Assembly: GCF_009914755.1 (NCBI RefSeq)
Contig: NC_060935.1
Strand: one strand, 5' to 3'
Source: the human T2T-CHM13v2.0 reference genome, Homo sapiens
Length of the DNA: 64,000 nt
Shown: piece after piece, positions 1 through 11,845 of the stretch
Numbering within the stretch: position 1 is the stretch's first letter
Layout of the letters: each line of letters starts with the position of its first letter
Notes under the pieces: generated by a model
What the model was told of the DNA's origin: nothing
Databases searched by the model: none
What the model saw: the letters and a program-made list of their open reading frames with translations, nothing else
Translations under genes and position numbers: made by a program

Positions 1-1122
1 ATGTGCACATAACTCTTGGAGAAAATGCTCTTTGATTGTGCCTTACAAAGAAAGCTTCCTCAGCTCCCACCCTCCAGTTATAAACTCCCTCGGCTTCCAC
101 TTTCTGCTGTAAACTTCATCCCATTCCCACTTCCCTGCTTGAAACTCCCTCAGTTTCCAACGTTTACCAGTTAGGACTAAGCAGGGATGCATAGAGCAGA
201 GGAAGTGACAGTAACAGTGGCTTCGAACAGTTTATTTCCTCTTGTAATTAAAACAAGTTTAGAGTTGAGCAGTGCAGGGCTTCTGTCGTGGCAGCACGAT
301 TTGATTGGGCACCTGAGCCCTGTCATCTCCAGCCTGTGGCATGTGTCTTCAAGCTCACCTCATGGTACAAGAGGCCTCCTGGGCCTGCAGTCATGATCTG
401 TATTCCAGGCGACCAGAGGGCAGGAAGAAGGGCTCCTCCCTCTGTTGTAATGAGCCCTCCTAAAGCTTTTCCTGCGACACTTCTGCATCTCAATGGCTGG
501 AAGCTCTTTGTCTAGCCTCTTCTAGCTTAGGGAGGTTCGCAGTTTAGACTTTTTCCAGGCAGCAATTCTCAATCAGAACCAGAGTTCTGAGGAAGAAAGG
601 GAGGATGGGTACCTGTTGGACAGCCAGCCGTGTCTGCTCTCCTTCCCTCCCTCCACATACTTCCTGGGGTGTTCGCATCCACTGTGCAAGCTCCCATGGC
701 TTTCCTTCCCACTCAGCACATCCCCTTGGAGCCCACGTCTGTGCTGCCAATGGTAGAATGACACCCCCTCTTTAATAACCCCCCGTTCCCTGGCTCATCA
801 TGTGGGTTTCTGGTGTAGCATCTAACACTCTATGTTTGCCACTTGTTATTTATAATTATGTATGTTTTTCTTCTCTGCCCGCCTCTCCTCCAGAAGGAGC
901 GCTTTGAGGACAGAGACCACATCATATTTATTTTTGTAGCTCTACATACAGTGCCTGGCCCAAGTGCCTTCTCTGTAAATGCTGTAAATGTAATAAATGT
1001 TGAATGAAGACTTCTCTGTGAGCTCTTTTGAAGCAGTTCCAGGGTCTTAAATTGGAGATTTCAAGGAAATGAGATCATCGGCCCATGAGCTGATGTCCTC
1101 TTCCATTCTCTGCTTTTACCAG

Positions 1123-1242
1123 GTTTATGGTATTTTCTATGCCACGTCCTTTCTTGACCTCTATCGCAACCCGAAGAGCTTGACTACTTCACTCCACAAC
1201 AAGACGGTCATTGTCAGTAAGGATGAGCAGTATTTGTTTCTG
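1123..1242 (+). CDS. SORL1: SORL1 coding exon (probably exon 42 of 48), FN3 region, VYGIFY...DEQYLFL
   Basis: Polypyrimidine tract + AG at 1121-1122, GTAAGT donor at 1243; 120 nt, phase 0-0; peptide recognised as SORL1. Exon number inferred by counting back from the last exon. Confidence 0.96.
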
Positions 1243-1494
1243 GTAAGTTTCCCATACCGTTTCAGTTTTTTAAGGGATGTCTTAAGTCCTGGGCTCTGGT
1301 CTCAACCCAGGACCTGGGGAGCTTGCATACCTGGACTCCAGGATTGATGTGTGTGACGAGAGGCAACTTCCTCTTCTTCATAAGCATCATCAGGTTCTTG
1401 CTTGAAATACAGAATGAACGGCCACTTTCACCAACTGCAGCTCCGTTATGGAGGACTGATAACTTGGCAGATGATCACAAGTATAGATAAATCA

Positions 1495-2000
1495 AAAATT
1501 TTTATCAGGTTCCACTTCTAGGAATTTAGCCTACATACTTTTATGTGTGTGCCAAGATATATGGAGAAAGATACATGGTACGTTATTATTCTTATGATAG
1601 CAAAAGATGTGAAGCAACTTAAATGTCTATGAAGAGAGGACTGGTTAAACATATCATGGTTTATTCATGCAATGGAATGCAGGACAGCCGTTCATAAGAA
1701 GTATGACAACTCTAAATGTACTGATATGGAAAAATCTCTACGCTATATTATTATATAAAAGAAGCCAAGAGCATAATATGTGTGCCATTTTCTCAGTTGT
1801 ATAAAAAATATTTGAGGAAGATAGGCTTCATATACACGTGCATATATGTGTAAGGATACACGTACATACATATCCTTCCTTATATATGCATAGGGGATTT
1901 CTGGAAGGAAGCACAAAAACTCTTACCAGTGGTACCTCTTGGAAAATGATTTGGGGTAGGTGGGAAATTATTTTATATTTTATGGTTTTTTGTACTAACT
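1495..2000 (+). mobile_element. Old L1M LINE 3' fragment
   Basis: TTCCACTTCTAGGAATTTA...AAGCAACTTAAATGTC...TGGTTAAAC...ATGCAATGGAAT resembles the L1 ORF2 end/3'UTR; boundaries approximate. Confidence 0.7.
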
Positions 2001-2101
2001 GAATTTTAATTGTTGTCATTATTTTGTTGAAAAAATACTTTAATAAAGATTGCATAAGGCCATGATGTATTTTTTTTCCTACGTGTGTGCTTGGGCTTCA
2101 G

Positions 2102-2266
2102 GTCCGTGTAGTGGTACCCTACCAGGGGCCATCCTCTGACTACGTTGTAGTGAAGATGATCCCGGACAGCAGGCTTCCACCCCGTCACCTGCATGTGGTT
2201 CATACGGGCAAAACCTCCGTGGTCATCAAGTGGGAATCACCGTATGACTCTCCTGACCAGGACTTG
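2102..2266 (+). CDS. SORL1: SORL1 coding exon (probably 43), FN3 region, [10 protein letters not shown]...DSPDQDL
   Basis: CAG acceptor ending 2101, GTGAGT donor at 2267; 165 nt, phase 0-0; in frame with neighbouring exons; FN3-type PPRHL..V.IKW signature. Confidence 0.96.
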
Positions 2267-2536
2267 GTGAGTGGGTTGGGCTTCCAGGCCTCTTTGTTTA
2301 TTCCTGGCCTGGTTAGGGTGGGGTGGGATGGAAGGGGATCCTCTAATGGGGCAAGAAACACAGGCCTGGTTTCTGGCGCTCAGCAGGAGGTCTCTCTCCC
2401 ATTTCAGTCTGACCAAAGATGGGGTCCGTACAGGGACCTCTTCTTAGTTGGCACTTCTCCATTATTCCTAGCTACCATTTTGGTTTGTCCCTCTTTCTCC
2501 TCCGCTGCTGATATTTCCTTCCCTGACCCTCTCACA

Positions 2537-2756
2537 CAGGGATTAGCAAACAAAGGCCTGCAGGCCAAACACAGCCCATTGCCTATTTTTTTAAAATAAA
2601 GTTTTATTGGAACCAAGTCATGCCTATTTGTTTATATATTATATCTGACCACTTTCATGCAATGATCAGCAGAGTTGTTGTGGTGGAGACTATCTGGCCC
2701 TCAACACCTACAGTATTACTGTGTGTGGACCCTTACAAAAAGTTTCTGACCCCTCT
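2537..2756. mobile_element. MER58A-like hAT DNA transposon
   Basis: CAGGGATTAGCAAAC start, AATAAAGTTTTATTGGAAC core, AAAGTTTCTGACCCCT end. Confidence 0.75.
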
Positions 2757-3412
2757 TTAAAAGGAGCATTGATCCTAAACAAAACAAAAAAACTGCCATT
2801 TTTTCCTTGCTCTGGGTTGCTCTTCCCTCTCTCCTCTCTCCACTCCCCTTCATCCAGCGGTGGTTGGTTTAAAATGCTTGGTTGCTAATACTCCTCTCAA
2901 CTCTCCACTTCCTTGTCATGATTGAATTTCCTGTGCTTACTATATGACCTGTTATTTTCCCCTTCCCCCCCTATACCCAGAAGCAGCCTGGGAGAAAGTA
3001 AGTAGAGCCTTGCCCTTTAGAGCCAGGATTGAACACTTTGGTTCATTCTCTCTCCACCAACAACATCCATGAACTATTGCAGTGGTGGAGATGTGGAAGT
3101 TGAGTACTGAGTTTGGATGTGCTTGCTTGTTCCAACCTACCTGCTGATGTCACGATAAATGTGGCCCTCCCTAGAGGGTTAGAAAAATTTTAGTTGATAA
3201 CTCTATGTGCAATTCTATGAGTGAATAGTTATTTTAAGATTGGATCTGGTCACTCCAAAGGCCTTCCAAAGAATGGAGTCAGATTTCGGGACTCAAACTC
3301 TTGTTGCTGTGGGTCCCAGCTATTAATATACTACATTGTCCACCATTGAACTACAAAGAGTGAAAAATGTCAACTTTCTGATTATCATTCACTTGTTCTT
3401 TTTTGGTCCTAG

Positions 3413-3587
3413 TTGTATGCAATTGCAGTCAAAGATCTCATAAGAAAGACTGACAGGAGCTACAAAGTAAAATCCCGTAACAGCACTGTGGAATACACCC
3501 TTAACAAGTTGGAGCCTGGCGGGAAATACCACATCATTGTCCAACTGGGGAACATGAGCAAAGATTCCAGCATAAAAATTACCACAG
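3413..3587 (+). CDS. SORL1: SORL1 coding exon (probably 44), FN3 region, LYAIAVKD...IKITT
   Basis: TAG acceptor ending 3412, GTAAGC donor at 3588; 175 nt, phase 0-1; FN3 tyrosine-corner motif LEPGGKY. Confidence 0.96.
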
Positions 3588-4510
3588 GTAAGCAGGAGAG
3601 AGGTTAGAGGTCTTCTCACACAGCCTGCCCTCAGTGCTGTGCCGCTAGACCTCCAGAGACAGACTTTTCATTAGGCGTTTGTTTCACAGGGAGTGCAAAC
3701 GCTGCCCTTCAATATTCCTACAGGGGCAGAGTAGTGCAGAGGCTCCAGGGTCTGAGCCGTGGCGTGGTGGCCAGGGCACAGTGGGCTGGGGAGTGGCTAT
3801 CGTTTTCTTTATTTTCTAAGTCTTTTTAACTCCCCTCGCTGGTTTTGATATTACTAAAGGAAAAGAGGAGGGATGCCCAAGAGAGGAAATAAAACTGAAT
3901 AGTTGCCACTAAGACCAAGTGCTGTATCTGAGAATCTGGATGACAGGTTCTCAGTGGTCCATTGTGGCAATCTGACATGTTGAAATGGAGGGAGACCCAC
4001 AGCTGGGCAGTAGATCAAAGGGCAGTCAGGCTCAAGTTCAGAGAGCTGGTAGTAAGCTCCGTTGCTCAGACAGCAGCAGGTATTATTGGGAGTTTTGATA
4101 TTGGGTAATGGAGGCCCAGCCCCATTTATGCTGGTGGCGTGCAGTGGGCCTGGGCCATGTGCCATTGTCACTCCAGTGTCCTGTCTTCAGATGGAACTCC
4201 TTATCCCATCCCATTCCTTCCTCACCACCCTTCTACCCAACCCCATTTGTTTTTGTACACACTTGGTTACAAGGGCTATTAAGTACTGTCCAAATTTCTT
4301 GGCTAAAGATGTTATAACAACAATAAAAGAGATGCCAATAAAGAATATCTACCATGTGCTAGGTTCTGTACTCAGCAATCTATGTGTTTTATTTTTTCTG
4401 TAACCCAGCCCTCCAAGGCTAGCATTATTTAATCTCTCTTTGATAGACAAGAAAATAGAGTTTCAAATGTATATCCACTAACCGCATCCCATCTCATCTT
4501 TAATTTTCAG

Positions 4511-4617
4511 TTTCATTATCAGCACCTGATGCCTTAAAAATCATAACAGAAAATGATCATGTTCTTCTGTTTTGGAAAAGCCTGGCTTTAAAGGAAAAGC
4601 ATTTTAATGAAAGCAGG
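4511..4617 (+). CDS. SORL1: SORL1 coding exon (probably 45), (V)[35 protein letters not shown]
   Basis: TTTTCAG acceptor ending 4510, GTAAGT donor at 4618; 107 nt, phase 1-0, restores frame. Too short for the ORF track; translated by hand. Confidence 0.95.
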
Positions 4618-6194
4618 GTAAGTTCCTCCCTCATTCTCAAGGACTTTGGAAATTTAATTGAAATGCTGTTTCAGAGATGAGCTTGTTGACAGCATGCTGG
4701 CATAGATAGTGTAAAAAAAAAAGAAAGAAAAAGAATAGGACATGGACATGAACTTGAGAATTAAAGGACCATTTTCAGTGGGATTGCTAATTAGCGAAAT
4801 GCTTATACTGCCCGTTAAAGATGAGAATCTCTGCACTAAGCACTTTTCAATCCTGACTTGTCTTCCCCTGAAGAAAGACAAATGGGCTGGAGGCCATGCT
4901 GTGCTTCCCGCAGAAGCTGCAGCTGGGCTGGGGCTCAGGGTGTTAAACCAGGAGCCTATTCCACACTCGCTGAGGGTGGGACTGTGGCTTCAGTACCAGG
5001 AGTTGAGCTGCACTCTCAGCCTGGCATCTCAGCACTCTCTTCCCAGATAAATTACAGGGAGCAGGAGGCACTTGAAGATACTGTGCTAACTTATGAAGAA
5101 CACCTTGATTTTGTTTGGTTTTGCTATTGGTAGGCCAATATGGTATTCACAGCAAAAGACAGGGGAAGAGGAGTGAGACCTGGGAGTAGATTTACCACCC
5201 AAGGGTGGACAGATTCTTGAGTAAAGCTGGGTTGGCCCCAGAGACAGCAAAGCCTTTGCTAAATAGGAATGTGATGAATCAACTATGGCTACCTGGAGAT
5301 GCAGCATAGGCAAAGAGCCATGGGTTCTAAATAGTCACCGTGCAATACCAAAGCAAAGTGAAATTAAAATTGGAAAATTCTCACCACACACTCTGTGAGA
5401 ATTCTCATAACTCTTGTAACTATGACATCTAAATGGCTAATATCCTTAAATAGAAGGAAAGCTTTCAAGTAAGTTCAAAATGGAAATATTCTAATTTTGA
5501 AGAAGGGACATGTAACAAAGCGGAAAATTCCAGCAGCAGTAAGCAAAAGGAGAAAAGTTCAACCTCACCGGTAATCTAAATAACAAAGAGGTAACCCTCT
5601 CATGTTAAATTGGTAAAGATTTGCAGGGAAGAGTATAACTGGTATGAATAGTAGTTGGGGAAGTAAACGTTCTGGGAATATGAATTGGTTCAAACTCAAG
5701 TAAGGTTCTTGGGTAATACCTATCAAAAACGTTGAAAGTGTTCACACCCATTGATCCAGCAGTTGTAGGATTTTACTCTAAAGCAGCAACGTGCATGAAG
5801 AATTTGTGTGTAGTATTTATGACAGCAAGAAAGAGGAAACAGCCGAGATGCCGAACAGAAGAGGATGGGTTAAATAACGTATGGGTGGTTGATGTTGTGT
5901 AATCTCAATTATTTTCTTTATAACCTTTGTGTATTTTACAAATGATCGACACCAGATATCTATTAGGTGGAAGGTAATAACTGCTGGCTTATAGGAAAGA
6001 ATGCGGGGATGAGATTCCAGGCAGGTATTGGGAATCCCAGTTCGGCAGCCAGTCGCCATTAGGGGATCCTTCCTGGGTGGCTGGAGCCCGGCTCTTAGGT
6101 TAAGATTCTAGGTTAGTATTTCGTTCCTAGTGGAGGGTCTGGCATAGGCATAGCATGTCCTTCTTCCCTTCCCCTGACAAGGAGTTCAAAGAAT

Positions 6195-6564
6195 TGTATT
6201 AGTCCGTTTCCACAGTGCCAATAAAGACATACCCAAGCCTGGGTAATTTATAAAGGAAGGAGGTTTAATTGACTCACAGTTCCACATGGCTGCGGAGGCC
6301 TCTCCATCATGGTGGAAGGCAAAGAGGAGCAAAGCCACATCTTACATGGCGGCAGACAAAGAGAGAATGAGAGCCAAGTGAAAGGGGAAACTTCTTATAA
6401 AACCATCAGATCTTGTGAGACTATTCACTACCATGAGAACAGTATAGGGGAAGCCGCACCCATGATCCAGTGATCTCTCACCGGGTCCCTCCCACAGCAC
6501 AGGAGAATTATAGGAGCTAGAATTCAAGATGAGATTTGGGTGGGGACACAGCCAAACCACATCA
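6195..6564 (-). mobile_element. THE1-family (MaLR) solo LTR in a SORL1 intron
   Basis: TG...CA termini, THE1 motifs (GAGATTTGGGTGGGGACACAGCCAAACC, AAAACCATCAGATCTTGTGAGA), 5-bp TSD AGAAT at 6190-6194 and 6565-6569. Confidence 0.9.
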
Positions 6565-7434
6565 AGAATAGATGGGTCAGTGGTATTGGGATCAAGAGAC
6601 TGTGATTATGCAAGGGGGCCCAATATGTGGCTAGAGAAAAGTGATGGAGTCTTTTCAGGGGGATGGTGGAGAGTGTCAGTAGCTTTGACACTGGAATAGT
6701 TGGGGATCAGCAGAGAAGTCAGGTTGTCAGCCCTCATCCCAGCTAGTATCCTGGGCCAGGGCTGTCCCCAGGATGGCTTTTTCCAGCACCAGAGTCCAGG
6801 GCTGTAACTAGGAAGACATTTCATCCTCTCCTCCAGTGAACAGGGGCCTGAGCTGGCTTCAGTGCTTCTGATTTCAAGGCCAGGTTGTTGGGGGGCTGAG
6901 ATCGGCTCAGAAGGAGCTAGAGAGCAGGGAGACAGGAAGTGAGCCGACAAGGTCATTCCTACATATTGTTCTGGGGACAAATGTCTTGTCTTTTCTAATT
7001 GCAAGTTCTCCTTTCTCACCCCATTGCTGGAGTCCACTGCGACCTGGATTTATTATTAGTCAAATTCCATTATGGCAAACTGTTCAGATTCTTGGTGGCA
7101 TTTAATATTGCTTGAGACAGGCAGACTGCTGAGCAAATCTCTGAGTGTGGCTTTGGTAAAATGACTTTCCTGAGGGCCACAGTTTTCATTTCCACGATAT
7201 AGCTTGTTGTGGGGGGGTGGTGTGGCAGTTATTTGAGATATTGGAGATGAGAAAAATTTTCATTTTCTGAATCCAGTATCTCAGTGGTAATGTAAAAAGA
7301 ACAAGGAGAAACCCAGGGCGCTTTCGCGTCTGTAGCAGCCCACAGTGAGGAGCTCACATAAAGATGGAACCAGTAATAGAGGCTGTCAGTTTCCATATTC
7401 GACTTCCTGAGCAATCTCTTGTGTTTGTTTTCAG

Positions 7435-7627
7435 GGCTATGAGATACACATGTTTGATAGTGCCATGAATATCACAGCTTACCTTGGGAATACTACTGAC
7501 AATTTCTTTAAAATTTCCAACCTGAAGATGGGTCATAATTACACGTTCACCGTCCAAGCAAGATGCCTTTTTGGCAACCAGATCTGTGGGGAGCCTGCCA
7601 TCCTGCTGTACGATGAGCTGGGGTCTG
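7435..7627 (+). CDS. SORL1: SORL1 coding exon (probably 46), last FN3 domain, GYEIHMFD...DELGS
   Basis: TTTTCAG acceptor ending 7434, GTGAGT donor at 7628; 193 nt, phase 0-1; [15 protein letters not shown]3 motif. Confidence 0.96.
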
Positions 7628-9904
7628 GTGAGTTGCGATTGCTGCCCGTTTCTGTCTTCAGTTCTAGGGAAATAGCAAGAATGTCATATGGTTTCATGAC
7701 CATGTGTCTTTCTAAAACACATGGAAGATATTCTCAGCTTAAAAGAAAATCATTTATATATCAGTTTGGTCAGGTAGTGATGTATTTAACAAATACTTCC
7801 TGAGCTGAACATGGTACAGGAAGCTGAGATTACAGGGGGACCGGATTCTGAACATAAAGTGCAAGAAAGGCAAGGCTTTGTTTAAAAAGGGAAACTCTAG
7901 GTTCACAAGAGTTTCATTTGTTTTTTGTGGGACTTCTCAGCACCTCTAACATGCTAATATATCCTGTGGATCTCCAAGCCAGTAGATCATCTCCTTGTCA
8001 TGGATTTTACATGTAAAATCATATAACTGATTTTACAGTGCACACCTCTGCCCCGCCCCGGCTTCATCTTAGCTCTCAGCATAAGCTTAGGACTGGAATT
8101 TGTCCTGGGATCTCTGTCTTATGTCTTATGCTGGGCCATGCTAGTGATGGAAGAGAGGACCCTTCCGTTCATACAGAAAGTCTGCTTACATTATAGTAGT
8201 TTGGCCAGGATTTCAACAAATGTTTTGCCACTGGTCTTTTTTAGTTCCATTTACTCTCAGCCAAGAACTAACCAGTGCTCAAGCCAAAATCTTGTGTTAG
8301 AGTTGTTAAATGTTCCGTCTCATAGTGTTTCTCAGGGTGAGATCTTGTGCAATATTTATCCTTGGCACCCCCCACTAAGAGAGGGAAACACTGCCTGCCA
8401 CTTCCCTTGGGAGAATCTTAACATATTAGAGGTTCTAAGAAGGTCCTACAAAAACCAGCCCAACTCTTGTTGACCTAGTATTTCCTCAACAGAGCCCCAT
8501 TTTTAGGCAAAACTAATTGGCAACCTGTGAAATATGCTTTGGGAAAAATTCCTGTGCAGACCCCTCCCGGCCACCTTTATGGAACCAAGGTTGTCAGGCA
8601 GAAGGGCTCTTGGCCAACATCTTGCCCCTTCACGTTCACCTTCCCCTTGGAAGTGGGGTGGGGGAGGGAGGGCACTCCTTCCTGGAGCTCCCAGCCTTCA
8701 TTGTGCCGACTTCCTCTTCACTGCTCCAGCCGCACACACCCCCTTCATTAACCACTGCACAGTTGGAATAGGTTGGAACATATTAAATAAGATGTTGCTA
8801 GAGTTTTTTTTTTTTTCTGGCAAGGAAATAATGAAAGAAATGTAAATACAGACACGAATATTGAATTGTTAGATTAGGTTTGCAAGAAACAATTGTTCTC
8901 TGGCCCATCTTGATGAATACCCTGTCAGGGTGAATGCCTGGGGAGTGACAGAGCTTTCTAGTGAAGCAGAGACCTGGCCTGCGCCACCTCTCCCGACACC
9001 AGGGAGCAACCCTGAGCCTGTTGAGGCTCCTCATGGAGACCTAGACTGAGGGAAGTCCAGTCTGTTTCCTTTGCCAAAAACTGATTCCTAGGTTTCATTT
9101 TCAAGTTCAGACTTACCCTGGGATTTTTAACATGAAAAGTCTACCGTTTTCAAGGAGACTGGCCCCTACCCCAGCAGGATGGGACGTGGGGCATGGCTTT
9201 GCCCTAGAGCCCTGGTGGTACAAATCTATTAGTGAATCATCACAGAGCCTGTTTGTTTAAGTCAATAGGAAGGGGCCATGTTTGTTAGGTTATAAATGCC
9301 GAAACGGCTTTGCAAATAACTTTAAAAAATGTTAAATGTATATGGAAAGTTGTTTTTCTCCCTCACTCTCTTTTTCACTTAAGTGAAAAACCTCATAAAA
9401 CTTCATGAGCTGTTAAGTCTGTATTGTGGTGTAGGAATCTCGTTTGTATCACTTAATGGAGCTTCAGGTAATTGCAGTTCAGAGTGACTTTGGTGCCAAG
9501 TAGGGGGAAATAATTGCAATCTCGTTAATTAGTGGTCTGATTTCACATCCTCTTATGTAAGGCAAGCAAGTGGTCTTAAGTAATAATGCTAATGAAATCA
9601 ATGTTGATACCCCAACAAAGGTCTCCCTTCCAAGAGATTATCTAAATAACCAACAAGGCAGTGATTAGGAGTCTAATGTAATTACCATATTTGCATGCAC
9701 AAGGCCCTTGGTCTATCAGCTCATGGCAAGTAGTGGGGAAGCAATCAGGCATCACGCACATGCAGAAACGTCTCACACCAGACAGGCAGTTTGTGTAGCT
9801 GTGGCTATCGCCCAGCTTTTTTTGGTGGGTGGGGCCTTGAGGAGTCATCTGGTCTGTTCTCCTGCCCTCAGGTGGGCTTATTGGTGGGAACTTTGCCTTG
9901 GCAG

Positions 9905-10117
9905 GTGCAGATGCATCTGCAACGCAGGCTGCCAGATCTACGGATGTTGCTGCTGTGGTGGTGCCCATCTTATTCCTGATACTGCTGAGCCTGGGGGTGG
10001 GGTTTGCCATCCTGTACACGAAGCACCGGAGGCTGCAGAGCAGCTTCACCGCCTTCGCCAACAGCCACTACAGCTCCAGGCTGGGGTCCGCAATCTTCTC
10101 CTCTGGGGATGACCTGG
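9905..10117 (+). CDS. SORL1: SORL1 coding exon (probably 47): juxtamembrane stalk, transmembrane helix, FANSHY retromer-binding motif
   Basis: CAG acceptor ending 9904, GTAAGT donor at 10118; 213 nt, phase 1-1; hydrophobic [21 protein letters not shown] followed by KHRR and FANSHY. Confidence 0.96.
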
Positions 10118-10587
10118 GTAAGTGGGGCAGGGAGAGTCGGTTCTTCCTCCCAGGGCTGACCCCCACGCAGCCAATGACTTGATTAGGAAACACCCACCTT
10201 CAGCTCCTCTTTTGACCCTGGAGGAGCTCTTCATCAGCCAGCGATTTGATTCCATGAGTTTTGGTTAAACCATTCAGAGCCCTCACTTTTTAACTTTTAA
10301 GTTAAATTAAAATGTTGTATTCTCTTTGATTGTGTAGTTCTGGCCTGAAACAGGGAGCTTGCCCCAGGCCTTGAGACTCCCAAAGTATCGGAAAATCCTC
10401 AAGAATATCTGACCCCTGTCTCATCCTTCACTGAGCTGGAGGTCTGACATCTCTGGAGATCCTAACTCAAGATAAAAAATAATGCTTTCCCAATCAGCTT
10501 CTATCAAAGGAGACCCTTTCCATCTTGCTGTTTCTCTTTCTGGTTGCTAGTGTAACCTCACCAGCCATTCTTTTATGTACCTTAACA

Positions 10588-10945
10588 CAGTGGTCCCCAA
10601 CCTTTTTTGCACCAGGGACCAGTTTTGTGGAAGATAATTCTTTTTTCACTGGACCAGCGGTGGAGGGGGAAGGGTTGGGGGATGATTTCAGGATGAGACT
10701 GTTCCACCTCAGATCAGCAGGCATTAGATTCTCATAGGGAGCGCTCAGTCTGGATCCCTTGCACGCTCAGTTCACGATAGGGTTTGTGCTCCTGTGAGAA
10801 TCTAATGCTGCCCTGATCTGACAGGAGGCGAGGCTCAGGCTGTAATGCTCTGACTCACCACTCACAGCCTGCTGTGCGGCCCCCCATTCCTAACAGGCCA
10901 TGTACTGGTACTGATGGCCCTCGGCCCGGGCATTGGGGATCCCTG
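10588..10945. mobile_element. MER1B-like hAT-Charlie DNA transposon in the last SORL1 intron
   Basis: TIRs CAGTGGTCCCCAA / TTGGGGATCCCTG, internal GCATTAGATTCTCA / TGAGAATCTAATGC inverted pair, 8-bp TSD CCTTAACA/TCTTAACA. Confidence 0.88.
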
Positions 10946-11845
10946 TCTTAACACATAGCAAGGGAAAAAGTAAGAAGTTTCCCGTTTTGAAATCTTTGCA
11001 CAATGAAAACCCTAAATGCTAATAGAGATAGTAAGATAGTAATATAATAAAGTGGGTGTGTTACGAGGCTTCCCCAAACTTAGACTAATCACTGTGAATG
11101 TACAAGTTTATTTCTTTCCGTTAACTAGTTACAATTATATATCTATGTTTATAAAGACATTTGTATATTCCCCTTCACTGATCATATGATGTTAGCTCTG
11201 TTCCCTTTCCTTGTCAGTTTCCTTTCTTGCCTAATAAGCCGGCACCTGGACTGCCTTGTGTGAATGGGGCGGCTTCTTTGCTTCTGCCGTTGGAGGCAAC
11301 AGGAGTGGACCCATCAGCATACCCTGCGATAGTCACTGAGTGTCGGTCCACACTTGGTGACACAGGATTATACCGGGCGTCACAAGGGGACAGCTGTTAG
11401 TCTGGGAAGCTGTCCTCAAAATGCTTAAACTCCTCCCAGATCCTTTTCCTCAGAGCACTTTGGGTTCAGAAGAGAAAGCAGACACTGAAGTTCACTGTGC
11501 TAGTGTAGGGTATAGATAACTCAAACTGGGGAACCCAAACTACCCACTTAGCTTTTGAGTAGGTAATAAGAGTCTTCTCCTGAGAAGCTTTGTTTTCCTA
11601 ATTTGGCTACGTTCAAACGACCACTAAAATAAATGTGAGGATCCATCGATGGGTAGAAGGTGGCCAGGAGGGACAGTGGGAAGCTGGGCTAGGTTTCACA
11701 GCTGATTATGGTGGCTGCCTGGCTATGGCATTGACCTTCTCAGCTAGAGGGTTGTGGTAGGGTTGAGGGGTGGGTAGAGTGGTGGGATATGGGGTCAGGT
11801 GAAAATGTGTTGGAACTCACCAAGGCCTGACTGTTTTGTCTCTAG

